Part shown: piece after piece, positions 13,679-26,682 of the stretch
Position numbering within the stretch: position 1 is the stretch's first letter
How the letters are laid out: each line of letters opens with the position of its first letter
Assembly (NCBI GenBank): GCA_964016885.1
Contig: OZ024742.1
Span: forward strand, 178,002,001 to 178,066,000
From: Eledone cirrhosa
Lineage: Eukaryota
Reading direction: 5' to 3'
DNA: 64,000 nt
Made by a program: the position numbers and the translations under genes
The notes under the pieces: model-generated
Seen by the model: the letters and a program-made list of their open reading frames with translations, nothing else
Told to the model about the DNA's origin: nothing
Database searches by the model: none

Positions 13679-15984
13679 TGTCACTAAACGACTTTTTATC
13701 GATAACTTATAACTATCAAATCTCGCCCAAAAAAGGAGCGAAATTTATTTTACCCAACGTCTGCAGTCCCAGGCGAGGGGTTAAACACAACAAGTAACAA
13801 GTAGCTTAAACAAACCTACCGCTTCTCGTAATAAATTCCGACAAAATGCAGGAGCGAAACAAAAACACGTCTATCTTCTTCGAGATTGATAGATAGATAA
13901 AGAGATAGACAGGCAGGCAGACATACCAGAAGACATACCAGACAGATATACCAGAAGATAAATAGAAAGATATATGTAACATATATGTCATATATATTAA
14001 ATATTTGCGTGCGCAAACACTGTGTGGGTGGGAAGTGATATTATTGAAGATTAAATTAAAGAGAAAGGAGTTTAAAACTGTTGATGAATAAAATGCGTTT
14101 ATGATTAATACATGAGAGTAAATAAATGAAGGAACATGTGGAAAGTTATTATCATTTGTAAGAAACGTAATAGATGCTGTTATCAGAGCTAAGGATGGTC
14201 AACTAGTAATTAAAATTCTCATATTTTATTTACACAAAATCTTTATATGAAAAAGAATATATAATACTAATTAGATAAGAAAAAAAAATTAATCATGCAA
14301 TTCAATTTTTTTAATCTTTTTATTAGTGATTTTAAAAACATCTATTTTCATTCGAACTTTCAAAATGCAAAATTCTATTTATTTATCTATTTATTTACAC
14401 ATTTATTTATTCATTCATTCATTTTGTTACCTACTAATTCCAACATAAAGCACCAACTCACCTCACTCCGAATTTGGCTTGATCGACATACTTACCGTTA
14501 TATTTTCAAGCCGGCATATAATGGCATCGTTATATAGAAAATGATTTGTATTTTTCATTCAGACTCTTTGCGCTCTGATTTCATATCCCGGCGAGGTTTT
14601 GCTTACATTCTCGTGTCAAACTTTATTAACAGAAATAACATTCTAATAAAAAAAACAATACATATATTCATAAATATGTCTATATGATAAGACAGTAAGC
14701 ATGCACATACACGTACACCAGGTCCGAACACAAAGAAGCCGAAGTCCCACTGTCATCGCCTCGCTCTCTCTCTCTCTCGCCCTCCCCATCTTTCACTATT
14801 ATGAGCAGATGTGGTCCCACGTGCTGGCAGCCCCATGGCCCCGGCGGACAGAATGGAGAAGACGTTACCCCGGAGGATGGTAAAGGAGATGCGCTGGGAG
14901 AACCATTCCACCTCGCGAGGCATTCCATCTGCGGCTCCCTAGGTCAGTGCCTATGGTGGTAATTAAGGAGGTAGCTCCAGGGTCAAGTACACCAGAAGTC
15001 CACACTTCATGTCTACTTTTCGTTTTCGATAATTTATTTACCAATCAAGCAATGAGACTCAGCACAGCTTGCGGCACATCAGAGTGCGTCGGCGTCTCTA
15101 ACTATAACTGGCGGCACATCAGTAGTCTCTAACAAACTTATTTACATTCTGCGGCACATTAGAAAGCTACAACATACCAAATTACATATTATGAAGCCTC
15201 TAAGTGCTACAATACATCGTTTAAGATGTATTACACATTTCTTTACCAAAATACGCATACTTCTAAGGGTTTTAAATGGTCGGGGAATTAAGGACATATG
15301 TATATTGAACTTCTAATCATTATACACTTCATTCAGGCGGTCGATCTGGCAGAACCGTTAGAGCTTTGGATATTCGTTCAAGATCTCTGTTCTAAGAGGG
15401 CCACTTTGCCTTTCGCTTTTTCGAGGTCGATAAAGGAAGTACCCACCCAGTGCTTGTGCAAACCGTCTTTCCTTCCAGCTATCACATCCTGTATGTTTCG
15501 TTAGCTCAATAGAACGATTGTCGGTCGAACGGGTGTTTGTGTCTTCTCATGACTGCACCTAAAACTCGTATCAAACGCAGTTGAAAGATCATCAGATGAA
15601 CTGTACCTGTAATTCAAACGGCCAGCTTTCTCACACACTGTCACGCTGAATCTCCTGTAAACTAAGCTAAGGGTACACGTGTCTGTGGATGCTCATTCAC
15701 TTACATGTTAATTTCACGGGCAAGATATTCCATTGATTGAACAACTGGAACACTATTCGTCGAAACCGATGACAATTATATAAGCCAGTCTATTTCTGTA
15801 AACCACAATGTTGGTGACTTTTTGGTTTTGATAATGTGGCAGCATAACCAAGCATTAAATAAGATTGAAATGTGTTCCGTTTTTGTTAATGTTTTTTTGT
15901 TTTTTTTTATTTAAGTTAATAGCAATGTTTGTTGCTGATTCTTCTGTGTTGAGTAAGTAGCGCGTGTATTCATGTTTGCCATAT

Positions 15985-16330
15985 ATACTGATCTCCCGAT
16001 TTATGTTCAATAGAAAAAGTCTGATATTATATAAAAGAAAATATTTCTATATCTAAGCAGTTTTTGTATGTACAGTATTACAGTAATTGTAAAGGACTTA
16101 TTCGGCTATGCTCATCTCATGCTTCGTATTCAATAGAAAGGAAGTGATATTTTGTTGTTTATAAAAGAAATTTTCCAGCTTCTGCATGTATAGTATTATC
16201 ATATGATATGTAATTGTAAAGGACTTCTGCTATGCCGATCTATTTCTTTATATTCAACAGAGAACTACTGGTAGCTTGCTTTTTATGAAAGAAAAAAAAA
16301 TTGCTACCGCTATGCAGCTTTTGTGTTTAT
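15985..16330. repeat. Degenerate tandem repeat, about 3 copies of about 123 bp
   Basis: TTCAATAGAAA...TATAAAAGAAA...GTAATTGTAAAGGACTT...GCTATGC recurs at about 16007, 16130 and 16254. Confidence 0.65.
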
Positions 16331-16599
16331 TCATATGTGTTATCTATAAATGGCTTTTTTTATCCCTGATATATATGGTCATATCTACTACCAGGTGGTG
16401 TCAACATGTGATGTACGCTATATAAATTGTAAATTACATAAGTTTAACACATTATATAGTCACACTAACTTTCAGCTGGAGTTCACACGTCATATATGAT
16501 ATTTAACTGCAATTTACTTCTATTATAGCCTTGTTTTCGCGAGATAAATAAAAGCCTTCAAATTTTACCTTCGTTAACCAAGATACAGTGAAAGATAAT

Positions 16600-16764
16600 T
16601 GTTTCTACTATTGTCACAAGGCCAGCAATTACCCAGTACTTTATTTTATCGACCCCGTAAGGATGAAAGGCAAAGTTAACCTCGGCAGGATTTGAACTCA
16701 GAATTGCAAGGGCCGTAACTCTATCCGTCAAAGCATGGCGTCCGACCCTCTACCGATACTGCCA
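16600..16764 (-). mobile_element. SINE family A with 10-bp target-site duplication (TSD)
   Basis: GAAAGATAAT at 16590-16599 and 16765-16774 flanks the element. Confidence 0.85.
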
Positions 16765-17535
16765 GAAAGATAATGGTGGTTGGTGTCTAACGCTAAAGGC
16801 ATGGGTTGTTAAAATATACCAAACAGTCTTATTTTTTTCTAATTATTCTCTGCTAAATTGTGGTTACGTTTTGTATGCTCATGCCGTAATATGCCGTAAA
16901 ATACTCGACTTAAAATTAGTTTATTTTGCAAGTAACGAAGAATAATTAAAATACTTTAAGCATGATTTTTTTCGAAATATTTTTCATACCTTTATCTTGT
17001 GTTTTCATTTCTTTATTTTGTCATGTCTTTTTTATTTGACTTTTGTGCAGATTTTGTCTTCAATTTTGATTATTATTCTTTATGATTTGCTTCAAAGAAT
17101 TAGTTTTTAAAAGCAGGAAGTAATTCTAAATTGTAATATTGGCAATTGAATCTTCGATGTCTGAGACATTTTCAGAACTAGACATTATATTTTATTTATT
17201 TTTAAAATTTCTATTTGTTTTGAATTTTTAATTATTTCATTCTCGTTTTATGGGAGTTTTTCTTTTTCTTTGCGGTAATTGTTGCTGTTGTTGTTGGTTT
17301 GTTTTTTTTTTGTTTTTTGTCTTTTTGTCCTTCTTTTCAAAATGTTGATTGAAGTTAATAAAGTCTTCATTGGAGAAAATAAACCAAATAAATAGATAGA
17401 GAAGAAGAAGAAGAAGAAGAAGAAGAAGAAGAAGAAGAAATTATAATTTGAGAAGCATATAAAGAAAGGGGTTTTAAAGAATATAATGTATATTATTGCA
17501 TTTCGCTACGAAACAAAAGAATTCCATTGATAATG

Positions 17536-17746
17536 GTTCCTTATATAGTCACAAGGCCAGCAATTTTGGGGGAAAGGAAAGTCGATTAAATCGACCCCAG
17601 CTGCATGACTGGTACTTTATTTTATCGACCCCGTAAGGATGAAATGCAAAGTTAACCTCGGCGGAATTTGAACTCAGATCATACCGGGCCGTAACTCTAT
17701 GCTGCAAATCATGGCGTCCGACCCTCAACCGATACTGCCAATCCAC
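17536..17746 (-). mobile_element. SINE family A (long variant) with 14-bp TSD
   Basis: TTCCATTGA(T/C)AATG at 17522-17535 and 17747-17760. Confidence 0.85.
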
Positions 17747-17939
17747 TTCCATTGACAATGTCTGTTGTTATTGCTGTTGTTATTCAGTTATAGGTAATAT
17801 ATGAGCTACTCAGTTAATTAGTTCAGGAAGGTGTTGTCACCAACTAGTGCTGGTCCTTTCCTATTACCAAGCTGGTGCATTATAGATCAAGTACAGTACA
17901 TGTCTGGAGTAGAATAGGTAGAGTTGTAGACAATTGACA

Positions 17940-18210
17940 TTAATGAATTTCTCATGGGAATTGTTCTGATGAGCTTTCCTCTTTGTTGCCTCGTCTTCAC
18001 AAGTTTAAACAGAGCACCAGGTTTGCGGCTAGATCTCATCCTTTTCCAGCTGAACTTCCAAATTACAATCACAAATTCTATTCCAAGAAATCCTTCTCTC
18101 ACACATGTCGCCTATGGAATTCTTTTCTAGTGTTTTTTTTTTTTCTTTCCTAGCCGCTGCGACGTGCAAAAATTCAAAAGCAACCTCAATTGTCATCTTC
18201 TCTCTTTTTG
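17940..18210 (+). mobile_element. CR1/Zenon-like LINE 3' fragment (RT C-terminal region)
   Basis: A frame not in the ORF track reads HGNCSDELSSLLPRLHKFKQSTRFAARSHPF..ELP.....FYS..SFSHT.RLWNS, then FPSRCDVQKFKSNLN. Confidence 0.7.
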
Positions 18211-18812
18211 AATTATGTTCCTGCTGTATTCTCCTATTCCTTTTTCACTAACTTTTAGTATTTTAGTAGCTTTATTTTTGCTTTGCTTGGGGTGAGGAAA
18301 TTCAAAAGAAAATAAGGAAAATGTCACGACGGTAGGTTCCCAGAAGTAGTAGAGCGTTGGTATTCATTCAGACTATACGTTTTGAATGCAAATCTCAATT
18401 TACTTTACATCTTTCCGAAGTCGACAAAATAAAGTAGCAGTCATGTATCGGAGTTGACATAATCGAATACATCTTCCCCACTATTGCTGGCTTTCAGTCT
18501 AAATTAGAAACCAATAAAGGAAAATGTCAGCAAAGGTACATATAACTATTCACAAGTGTTGACAATAAACAATATATACTTACAAATACACAGTGTCGAA
18601 AATTGATTCGGCTTATTTATAATGTTTTTACATTCAGTGAAATATATATATATTTGTGAAACTGGAACAACGTCTGTTTCTCAAGGACACAACGCATCAC
18701 CCGATCTGAGAATAAAACTCACGACCTCCCGATTGCAATCCTTACGCTCTAACCACTAAGCCATATGCCTCGAGAAGCACAAAAATCAAACATATTTGTT
18801 GTTTTGATTCTT

Positions 18813-18850
<38 letters not shown>

Positions 18851-19172
18851 CATTATGAAGAGAGTATATATGTGTGTGTCCGCATGTATCTGTGTGTTTC
18901 TAAATGTATTAATAACTCCCTCTGGTCGAGCAATCTTTGAAGTGTGGGGACAACTGGAAAGCTTCCATTACTCATACTTCTCGCCTTCTTCACTACCTCT
19001 TCTACGGCCTCGATATGGATACCCCCTCCGCCTCCGTGGTATTTTTTTCGTGGTTATAAGAGGCTTAGCTCTGTTTCTCGACCGTTATATCGCGTGACTA
19101 TCTCCCCCTCCGCCTTTTGGGATTCTTTCTCACGTCGTGTAGACGCGTTCTTGAGACTAGTAAAATGAGGTA

Positions 19173-19260
19173 TCCTCTTGATAAGTCGGCAGACCTCGCA
19201 AGGACTCTATATCTTTGATATATTGTTTTTGTTTATGCCACGAAACTACGTAGTCGAGGA
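19173..19260 (+). ncRNA. Type I hammerhead ribozyme, U3-A8 core variant, long stem II
   Basis: TCCTC - TTGATAA - GT(C)GGCA...TGCCAC - GAAAC - TACGTA - GTC - GAGGA. Stem I is TCCTC/GAGGA and stem III is the palindrome ACTACGTAGT; predicted cleavage after 19255. Confidence 0.8.
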
Positions 19261-19763
19261 ATTCAGGAACAGTTTAGGTATGATACATTTTATTACTAAT
19301 TATATCTAAATGTTTCTTCTCTCTTCATAATGTATTTTTAACTCTGATACTGGTTCAGTCTGGTTCAAACTGAATTGGTCTGTCCCAGTCATTCATTGAG
19401 CAACATCGGTGAAGTTGGCACCCTTAACTCACAGTTGGGTGCGGATGCATTCATGTATATATGTGTGTGTCCGCATGTATCTGTGTGTTTCTAAATGTAT
19501 TAATAACTCCCTCTGGTCGAGCAATCTTTGAAGTGTGGGGACAACTGGAAAGCTTCCATTACTCATACTTCTCGCCTTCTTCACTACCTCTTCTACGGCC
19601 TCGATATGGATACCCCCTCCGCCTCCGTGGTATTTTTTTCGTGGTTATAAGAGGCTTAGCTCTGTTTCTCGACCGTTATATCGCGTGACTATCTCCACCT
19701 CCGCCTTTTGGGATTCTTTCTCACGTCGTGTAGACGCGTTCTTGAGACTAGTAAAATGAGGTA

Positions 19764-19851
19764 TCCTCTTGATAAGTCGGCAGACCTCGCAAGGACTCTA
19801 TATCTTTGATATATTGTTTTTGTTTATGCCACGAAACTACGTAGTCGAGGA
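19764..19851 (+). ncRNA. Type I hammerhead ribozyme, U3-A8 variant, second unit
   Basis: Identical to 19173-19260. Confidence 0.8.
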
Positions 19852-20085
19852 ATTCAGGAACAGTTTAGGTATGATACATTTTATTACTAATTATATCTAA
19901 ATGTTTCTTCTCTCTTCATAATGTATTTTTAACTCTGATACTGGTTCAGTCTGGTTCAAACTGAATTGGTCTGTCCCAGTCATTCATTGAGCAACATCGG
20001 TGAAGTTGGCACCCTTAACTCACAGTTGGGTGCGGATGCATTCATGTATATATGTGTGTGTCCGCATGTATCTGTGTGTTTCTAA

Positions 20086-20137
<52 letters not shown>

Positions 20138-20170
20138 GTATATATATATATATACATATATATATATACA

Positions 20171-20249
<79 letters not shown>

Positions 20250-20304
20250 TTATATATATATGTATATATATATATACATATATATATATACATATATATG
20301 TATA

Positions 20305-20358
<54 letters not shown>

Positions 20359-20445
20359 TACACACACATATTATAATTGAAATAGAAATAGATGCTTTGT
20401 CCGTAATATGGAAAACGCTCCTGCTTCTATTTCAATTCTAAACTT

Positions 20446-20536
<91 letters not shown>

Positions 20537-20654
20537 AAATGTGGGAATCCCAAACGCAGAAGTTAATTGTAACATACCTATATAGGAAAATGTGGCCAGA
20601 CATTAGTGCCTGTTAAAAGTACTCTACTTAAGTTACAGAAATCTATAAAATAAG

Positions 20655-20691
<37 letters not shown>

Positions 20692-21761
20692 GTGCGTAAT
20701 GGTTTGTATATGTGTATGTGCGTGTGTTGAGTTAGTATTAAGTATACATATAAAAGAGATTTCATTGCTGCTGCTTCAAGTAATACAACGTGTATCTTAT
20801 GCTACAAGAATAATCTCCACTCTACTAACCAGGCAGCTGCAAGGAGAAGATACATATTTTTATATCCCTTTATTACAAATTTACATATATAGATAGAAAA
20901 AATATTCTTTGCTTAGATTAGAATATTATGCCAGAATCACTTGCTTTATACGTCTGCATTCAAAGAAAGAATATATATATAAAATACAATAACAAGTTTT
21001 TGAGTGAATTAGAATATAAAAAAGAAACACCGAAGCAAGTGAGTTTTTCGCTGCATTTATTTAGCCAGACTATTGTTTGTTGAATAAAATGACAGTGTCA
21101 GAAGACTAAAGAGCGAACAGTTGATAGTGACAATTGCTGAAGAGAAGAATTATCTACGTTATTCCACTTCAGAAACACTGATTCTAACCTTTGATCTCTG
21201 CTGACAATGAAACTAAAATGGACGTGAAGATAGTCAGAGACCAAAGTTGGTTCTGTAAAGAAATCTAACAGTACTGTTATTGTAAGATCCATTTATCTGT
21301 TAGGTCAATATGTCTTAAATGTTAAAAAAAAGTTTTTTTCAGAATGAAATGTTTACCAGATTCTCGTATTCTTACGCTTACACATAACTTTAGATGCTTC
21401 TATGCAATTTATATGTATTTTAATATCGTCTAAATTCTGTATGTTTTATCTGTCGGTAATAAAAATAAGCTGTAACCCACAGTACGGTTGGAACGCGAAG
21501 AAATACTCTATTTCATCGATATATATATATATATATGTGTGTATGTGTGTGTGCGTGTGCGTGCGTGTGTGTGGGTGTGTGTGTGTGTGTACGTGTGTGT
21601 ATCCCGGGTTCAATTAGGGGTAACCACAGTAAGTAAGGTACTCAATACATAGCAGAGTATAAATATATAATATAGAAATGGCTTCTACAGGACTAGAATG
21701 TTTCATTCGAATGCGTATTCGTACAATTGTTTTTCCTTTTCTGTATAATCTCATTTACACA

Positions 21762-21798
21762 GAGCTGATGATCCGACTAATGTGAAACAATTGTTCTC
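21762..21798 (+). ncRNA. Degenerate minimal hammerhead motif (Penelope-like relic)
   Basis: GAG-CTGATGA-(12 nt, poorly paired)-GAAAC-AATT-GTT-CTC; palindromic stem III ACAATTGT. Confidence 0.45.
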
Positions 21799-22646
21799 GG
21801 AAATGGTGAATTAACTGTCGTAGATCTACTTCTACCAAACTCGTCCCATGGACTGAGTGGTCTACTACTACGGATATACCCATCAGCGTTCTACTATTAA
21901 TCCCGTTGCTTACAAATTGTTGAACAAATTCATTTGGATTAATTGTAAGACAATATTCCCAGTTAGAAGTCTAAGATATGAAGACAATGTAATTAATGCA
22001 TCAACATATTAACATATGAAAATGTTCAAGTCCTCACAATATCATCAATTGAAACAGTCAATATCCTCCTGGTTTACCACACAAAAACCTGCAGGAATAC
22101 AAAAATCCGCGTCAAAGATAGTACAGTACTGTTTCTAATTCTGTGGAGAATCCGCTGGTCATCGATTAATAATAAATCTATAACCTGCAAATTCCGGACA
22201 AGAGAACTTTTGTCAGCCAGCAGTCCTTTGAGAAGATTCCAATATATATACTGTATATATGGTTCAAGAATAAACGAGACAAACACAAAATGCAAAAACA
22301 AAAGTTTTATCAGGTTCACGCCTGGGAATGAAGTTAATGAAAAAAGAAAACAAAGTAAATAATGTTCTCAACGTATCGAACATAAGTCCTTCATCCGGAA
22401 AGATCAATGTTTGCAGAGATAGGAGGTTATAAAAACGGGGAGTGGAAGTTGGGAAATAAAAGATAAGGAGAGTGAGGAGAGTGGGTGAAGGCTGCTTTAT
22501 GGGCTATATTTTTACTGATCAGTCAGGGATAGAAAAGAAGTTCCTTGACACTTTCCTGGGATTTCAAAGAAGAAGTAACGAAGAGTAACGAAGAATAATT
22601 AAGATACTTTAAGCATGATTTTTTAGAAAAAAAAATCATGCTTATA

Positions 22647-22798
22647 GAAGAAGAAGAAGAAAAGAAGAAGAAGAAGAAGAAGAAGAAGAAGAAGAAGAAG
22701 AAGAAGAAGAAGAAGAAGAAGAAGAAGAAGAAGAAGAAGAAGAAGAAGAAGAAGAAGAAGAAGAAGAAGAAGAAGAAGAAGAAGAAGAAGAAGAAGAA
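22647..22798. repeat. (GAA)n microsatellite, about 50 units
   Basis: Direct reading. Confidence 0.95.
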
Positions 22799-23263
22799 CA
22801 CAATGATACCACCACCACCACGAGCAGCAAAAAGAAGAAGAATATTTACAGGAAACGTCGCTGCTTTTTCTAGCAGGTTAAATGGTAACCTAGAACCCCT
22901 TTACCCCCTTTCACTTCCTACACAATTTATTGGCTTATAAAAGGTTTAGATATGTTTTAATCGTTCATGAGTTGTAATATATGTTAAGAAAACGACTTGA
23001 ATATAACGTAGATCTATGAATACCATGAAAAGTGAATGGAACGGGTAAGCTGGTGGTCTAAAGAGTTAAGTAGAAAAGTAGAATATTTAGATAGAGCAGT
23101 CAGAATTAGTTTAATTTAGTGTGTAAAGTAATGCACCTGTGAATGCCGTAGGTAAAACTGCACAGCATAATTGCATTTGACACTTATTCCAGCAAATGTT
23201 TTACCAAAATTTCTCATTTTTTCATCAATTATTTTAAATGTTGTTCTTACCCACTTTGTATGC

Positions 23264-23305
<42 letters not shown>

Positions 23306-23378
23306 TACATACATTCATATATATATATATATATATATAATGTATGTATATATGTATGTTTATCTACACATACTCACT

Positions 23379-23409
<31 letters not shown>

Positions 23410-24407
23410 CTTTTATGAAATGGTTACATCGATGTTAATCTGCAAATGGATAAATTCTTTACTTACGTTGATTTATAAATATATGTGTATATATGTGTGT
23501 TTGTGTTTGTATGTATATGTGTGTATATGTGTGTATGTGTGTGTTAATGTGTATGTGCTTGTGTATATTTGTGCAGCGTTATTTAGTCAGAAAGGAGTAG
23601 AGTGTTTTATACGGTAGAAGAGCTTGTATATATATTTTATAAAGCTCATAAATTTGTATGGTAGACCGATTGTATTGCGTGTGAATTAGTCATTGCCTTG
23701 TGAAATTCTACATTATAGCCCTAATTACATGTTTCATGATGCCCCAAATTACAAATGGCCATTCGAAAATATACGTTAAACGTTGAGATTGCTTCAGGTC
23801 TGCCAGACGAAGAAGAGTTGGTGTAGGGGCAATAGCCGCGTCAATTTTTGATTACGGGTTGTTTCCATTTAATGTTTAAGAGAAGTAGTTTATACTAGTG
23901 CATACAATTAGGGGTTGGTTAGAAGAGGAAAGGGAAAGAAAGAGCAGGGCGGGGGGGGGGGCAGCAAAACCAGAGTGACAGAAATGTCAGAAGCTTTAAT
24001 TAAACGGGTTTTGATAATAATGTTCAAACAGAGTGGGGAAACGCCGAAGAAAGGTAAGTGGAATAGGTGAAAAGATGATAATCATAGTATCAGTTGGCTT
24101 ATGTAGCGAATGCTCCATATGTTTGGTTTTCTCGTTTTCCAAGAAGGTACTTCTCGATATGACGATAGTTGCTGAAGATATTCTGCTCTAGGTTACTATA
24201 CGCTGCTATAACTGAATTCGGCCTAAACAGTGACAAAATATTAAAAGATGTTAAGGTTGAAATCAGGAAGAAAACGGAAGAATAGGAATATAATAATAGT
24301 GAGGTTCACAAATAATCCAAGTAAACCAAAATCTAAGTACAACCTGTATAACATTGTGGGGTTTTACCACTTTAATATCAATATCCTTATTCATTAAGGC
24401 TTTAGAT

Positions 24408-24683
24408 CAGGCGTGGGCAACCTTTTTCGAGAAGCAGGCCGCATGAGATATGGCTCATCATCAAGCGGTAATTTACATTCGTGCCCACATTAACAAAATG
24501 GTGGTGACTCAGGTTGTTTTGATTTGTATCTTCAGAATTCGTACACGTTTTCCTCGATCGTAAAAATTATAGAAAGATAAATTACGACTGAAAAGTTGGG
24601 GTAAAAAAATCAGAAAGATTTCACTTAAGTGACTTAAGCGAGCCATTTAGAAATTATCGCGCGCCGCAGGTTGCCCGTGAGTG
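24408..24683. mobile_element. Non-autonomous hAT (Charlie-like) MITE
   Basis: Perfect 8-bp TSD CTTTAGAT at 24400-24407 and 24684-24691; degenerate TIRs CAGGCGTGGGCAACCT / AGGTTGCCCGTGAGTG. Confidence 0.8.
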
Positions 24684-24949
24684 CTTTAGATTTTGCTGGT
24701 TGAGTCGTTCCTTCGAATGACTATGAGAGGGATTTGATGTTGCCTTCACGCAAAACCCAACACTTTAATAACATCTCAACTAATCCTTCTGTTCAATTCA
24801 TTGTTGTTCTATTCATTTTTATGTTTCATCTGTTATTTACTTATTTCACACATACAGGTATATATAAGAATTTGAACACAGGAAGAGACACAAACACACG
24901 AATATACATAGATATATATACACACACACACACACACACACGCACACAC

Positions 24950-24988
<39 letters not shown>

Positions 24989-25053
24989 CATATATATGTA
25001 TATAAGTATATATATATGTATATATATATATATATATATGTATATATAGACAC

Positions 25054-25090
<37 letters not shown>

Positions 25091-25417
25091 GTAATAATCT
25101 GTTATTTTAATAAATACATATATATGTATGTATATTAATAAGAGGAATTCCATTAATATAATCTTCTATACACAATCATACACACCCGTGTATATTTATC
25201 TATCTATATATATATGTATATATATATATACATATATGTATACATATATATACATACATAGATACATATATATATATATATACATATATATATACATATA
25301 TATATATATACATATATATATATATGTGTGTGTGTGCATGAATGTCTATATGCATATATTCAGGAGAATATATATTCCGATCATGAGTTATTGTCTGAAT
25401 TGCAATTTCCTTCTTAC

Positions 25418-25521
<104 letters not shown>

Positions 25522-25970
25522 GTGTGTGTGTGTGCGTGTGCGTGTGCGTGTCTTCATATACGTATGTATTTATGTATGTATATATGTACGTATGCATGTA
25601 TATATGTATATTTGTATGTATATTTGTATGTATATTTGTATCTGCTTGTATGTATCTATACATGTATATATTGATGTATTTACGTATGTATATATGTACG
25701 TATGCATGTATATATAGATTTATTTGCGTATGTATATATGAAAGTATGCGTATTTCAATTCTGTTCGTGTGTTGAATTTGCCTTAATCAGAATGATGTTT
25801 GTCATTGTAAATTACATATTCGTGTATCACAGTTGTAAATTTAATGAAGTTCTGTCTTCAGAACTTAACAATATAAACACTAAGCGTGTAAATCTCCAGA
25901 GACAACATTCCATTCAACTTCTCAGCCATGTTCTTAGCAGACTGCCGCTGAGTTAACCTGCAGTCTACCT

Positions 25971-26037
<67 letters not shown>

Positions 26038-26154
26038 CTATCTCGCTCTCTCACTCTCTCTCTCTCTCGTTCTCTGTATATATGTATATATATATATGTG
26101 TGTGTGTTTGTATATTATGCATAGTTTTATTGTTCTACAATATTACTCACCTCT

Positions 26155-26202
<48 letters not shown>

Positions 26203-26333
26203 CATATATAAATATACACACACATATATATATATGTGTGTGTGTATAGTATATATATATATACATGTATAAACGTATGCATACTCGCGGATACACATAT
26301 ATATATATATGTATAAATATATATATATATATC

Positions 26334-26368
<35 letters not shown>

Positions 26369-26575
26369 GTGTGGGTGTGTGTATACATGTATATATGTAT
26401 GTGTGTGTGTGTATATATAAATGTATGTATGCATATAGTGGTACTTGCATGTGTGTATTACAGTATAATTTTTCCCCCGTCTGATTCTAATACCTACCTA
26501 TGCTTCAACATAACACTATCACACTTTCATGAGCAAATATATGCGGAGCTATAAGTATATATCTATTTACTACTT

Positions 26576-26682
<107 letters not shown>

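Larger units (their letters stand above)
8602..13885 (-). mobile_element. Near full-length L1/Tx1-clade LINE, decayed
   Basis: ORF1 fragments with a gag-type zinc knuckle, then ORF2 fragments with APE, RT and a C-terminal cysteine-rich domain. A short 3' UTR ends in (TG)n. The 5' boundary is uncertain (13837-13885). Confidence 0.9.
18864..20090 (+). mobile_element. Head-to-tail array (about 2.07 units) of a 591-bp non-coding monomer containing a hammerhead ribozyme; retrozyme-like or Penelope pLTR-like
   Basis: Exact 591-bp period with almost identical units (one visible substitution); flanked by (TA)n; same family at 51424-52323. Confidence 0.85.

Noticed and set aside
14690-15160. GC-rich island with three GCGGCACAT repeats
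   Set aside because: Probably a repeat fragment, but no ends, TSD or protein motif could be identified.
17960-17975. CTGATGA that could be a hammerhead core
   Set aside because: It lies in CR1-like coding sequence (CSDEL) and has no stem II or GAAA partner.
18765-19759. Repeated short ORFs in the 591-bp unit
   Set aside because: No recognisable domain, and the frames are not preserved at the second locus; the unit is better explained as non-coding ribozyme RNA.
18864-20090. CRISPR-like or LTR interpretation of the direct repeats
   Set aside because: No spacers, no TG...CA ends, no primer-binding site or internal domain; the units are contiguous.
21098-21300. Possible host exon on the minus strand after CTAACAG
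   Set aside because: No recognisable protein motif, stops occur in the alternative frame checked, and there are no partner exons.
22365-22402. Minus-strand CGGATGA..GATACGTT hammerhead-like relic
   Set aside because: Two core mutations and weak stems make it too degenerate to call.
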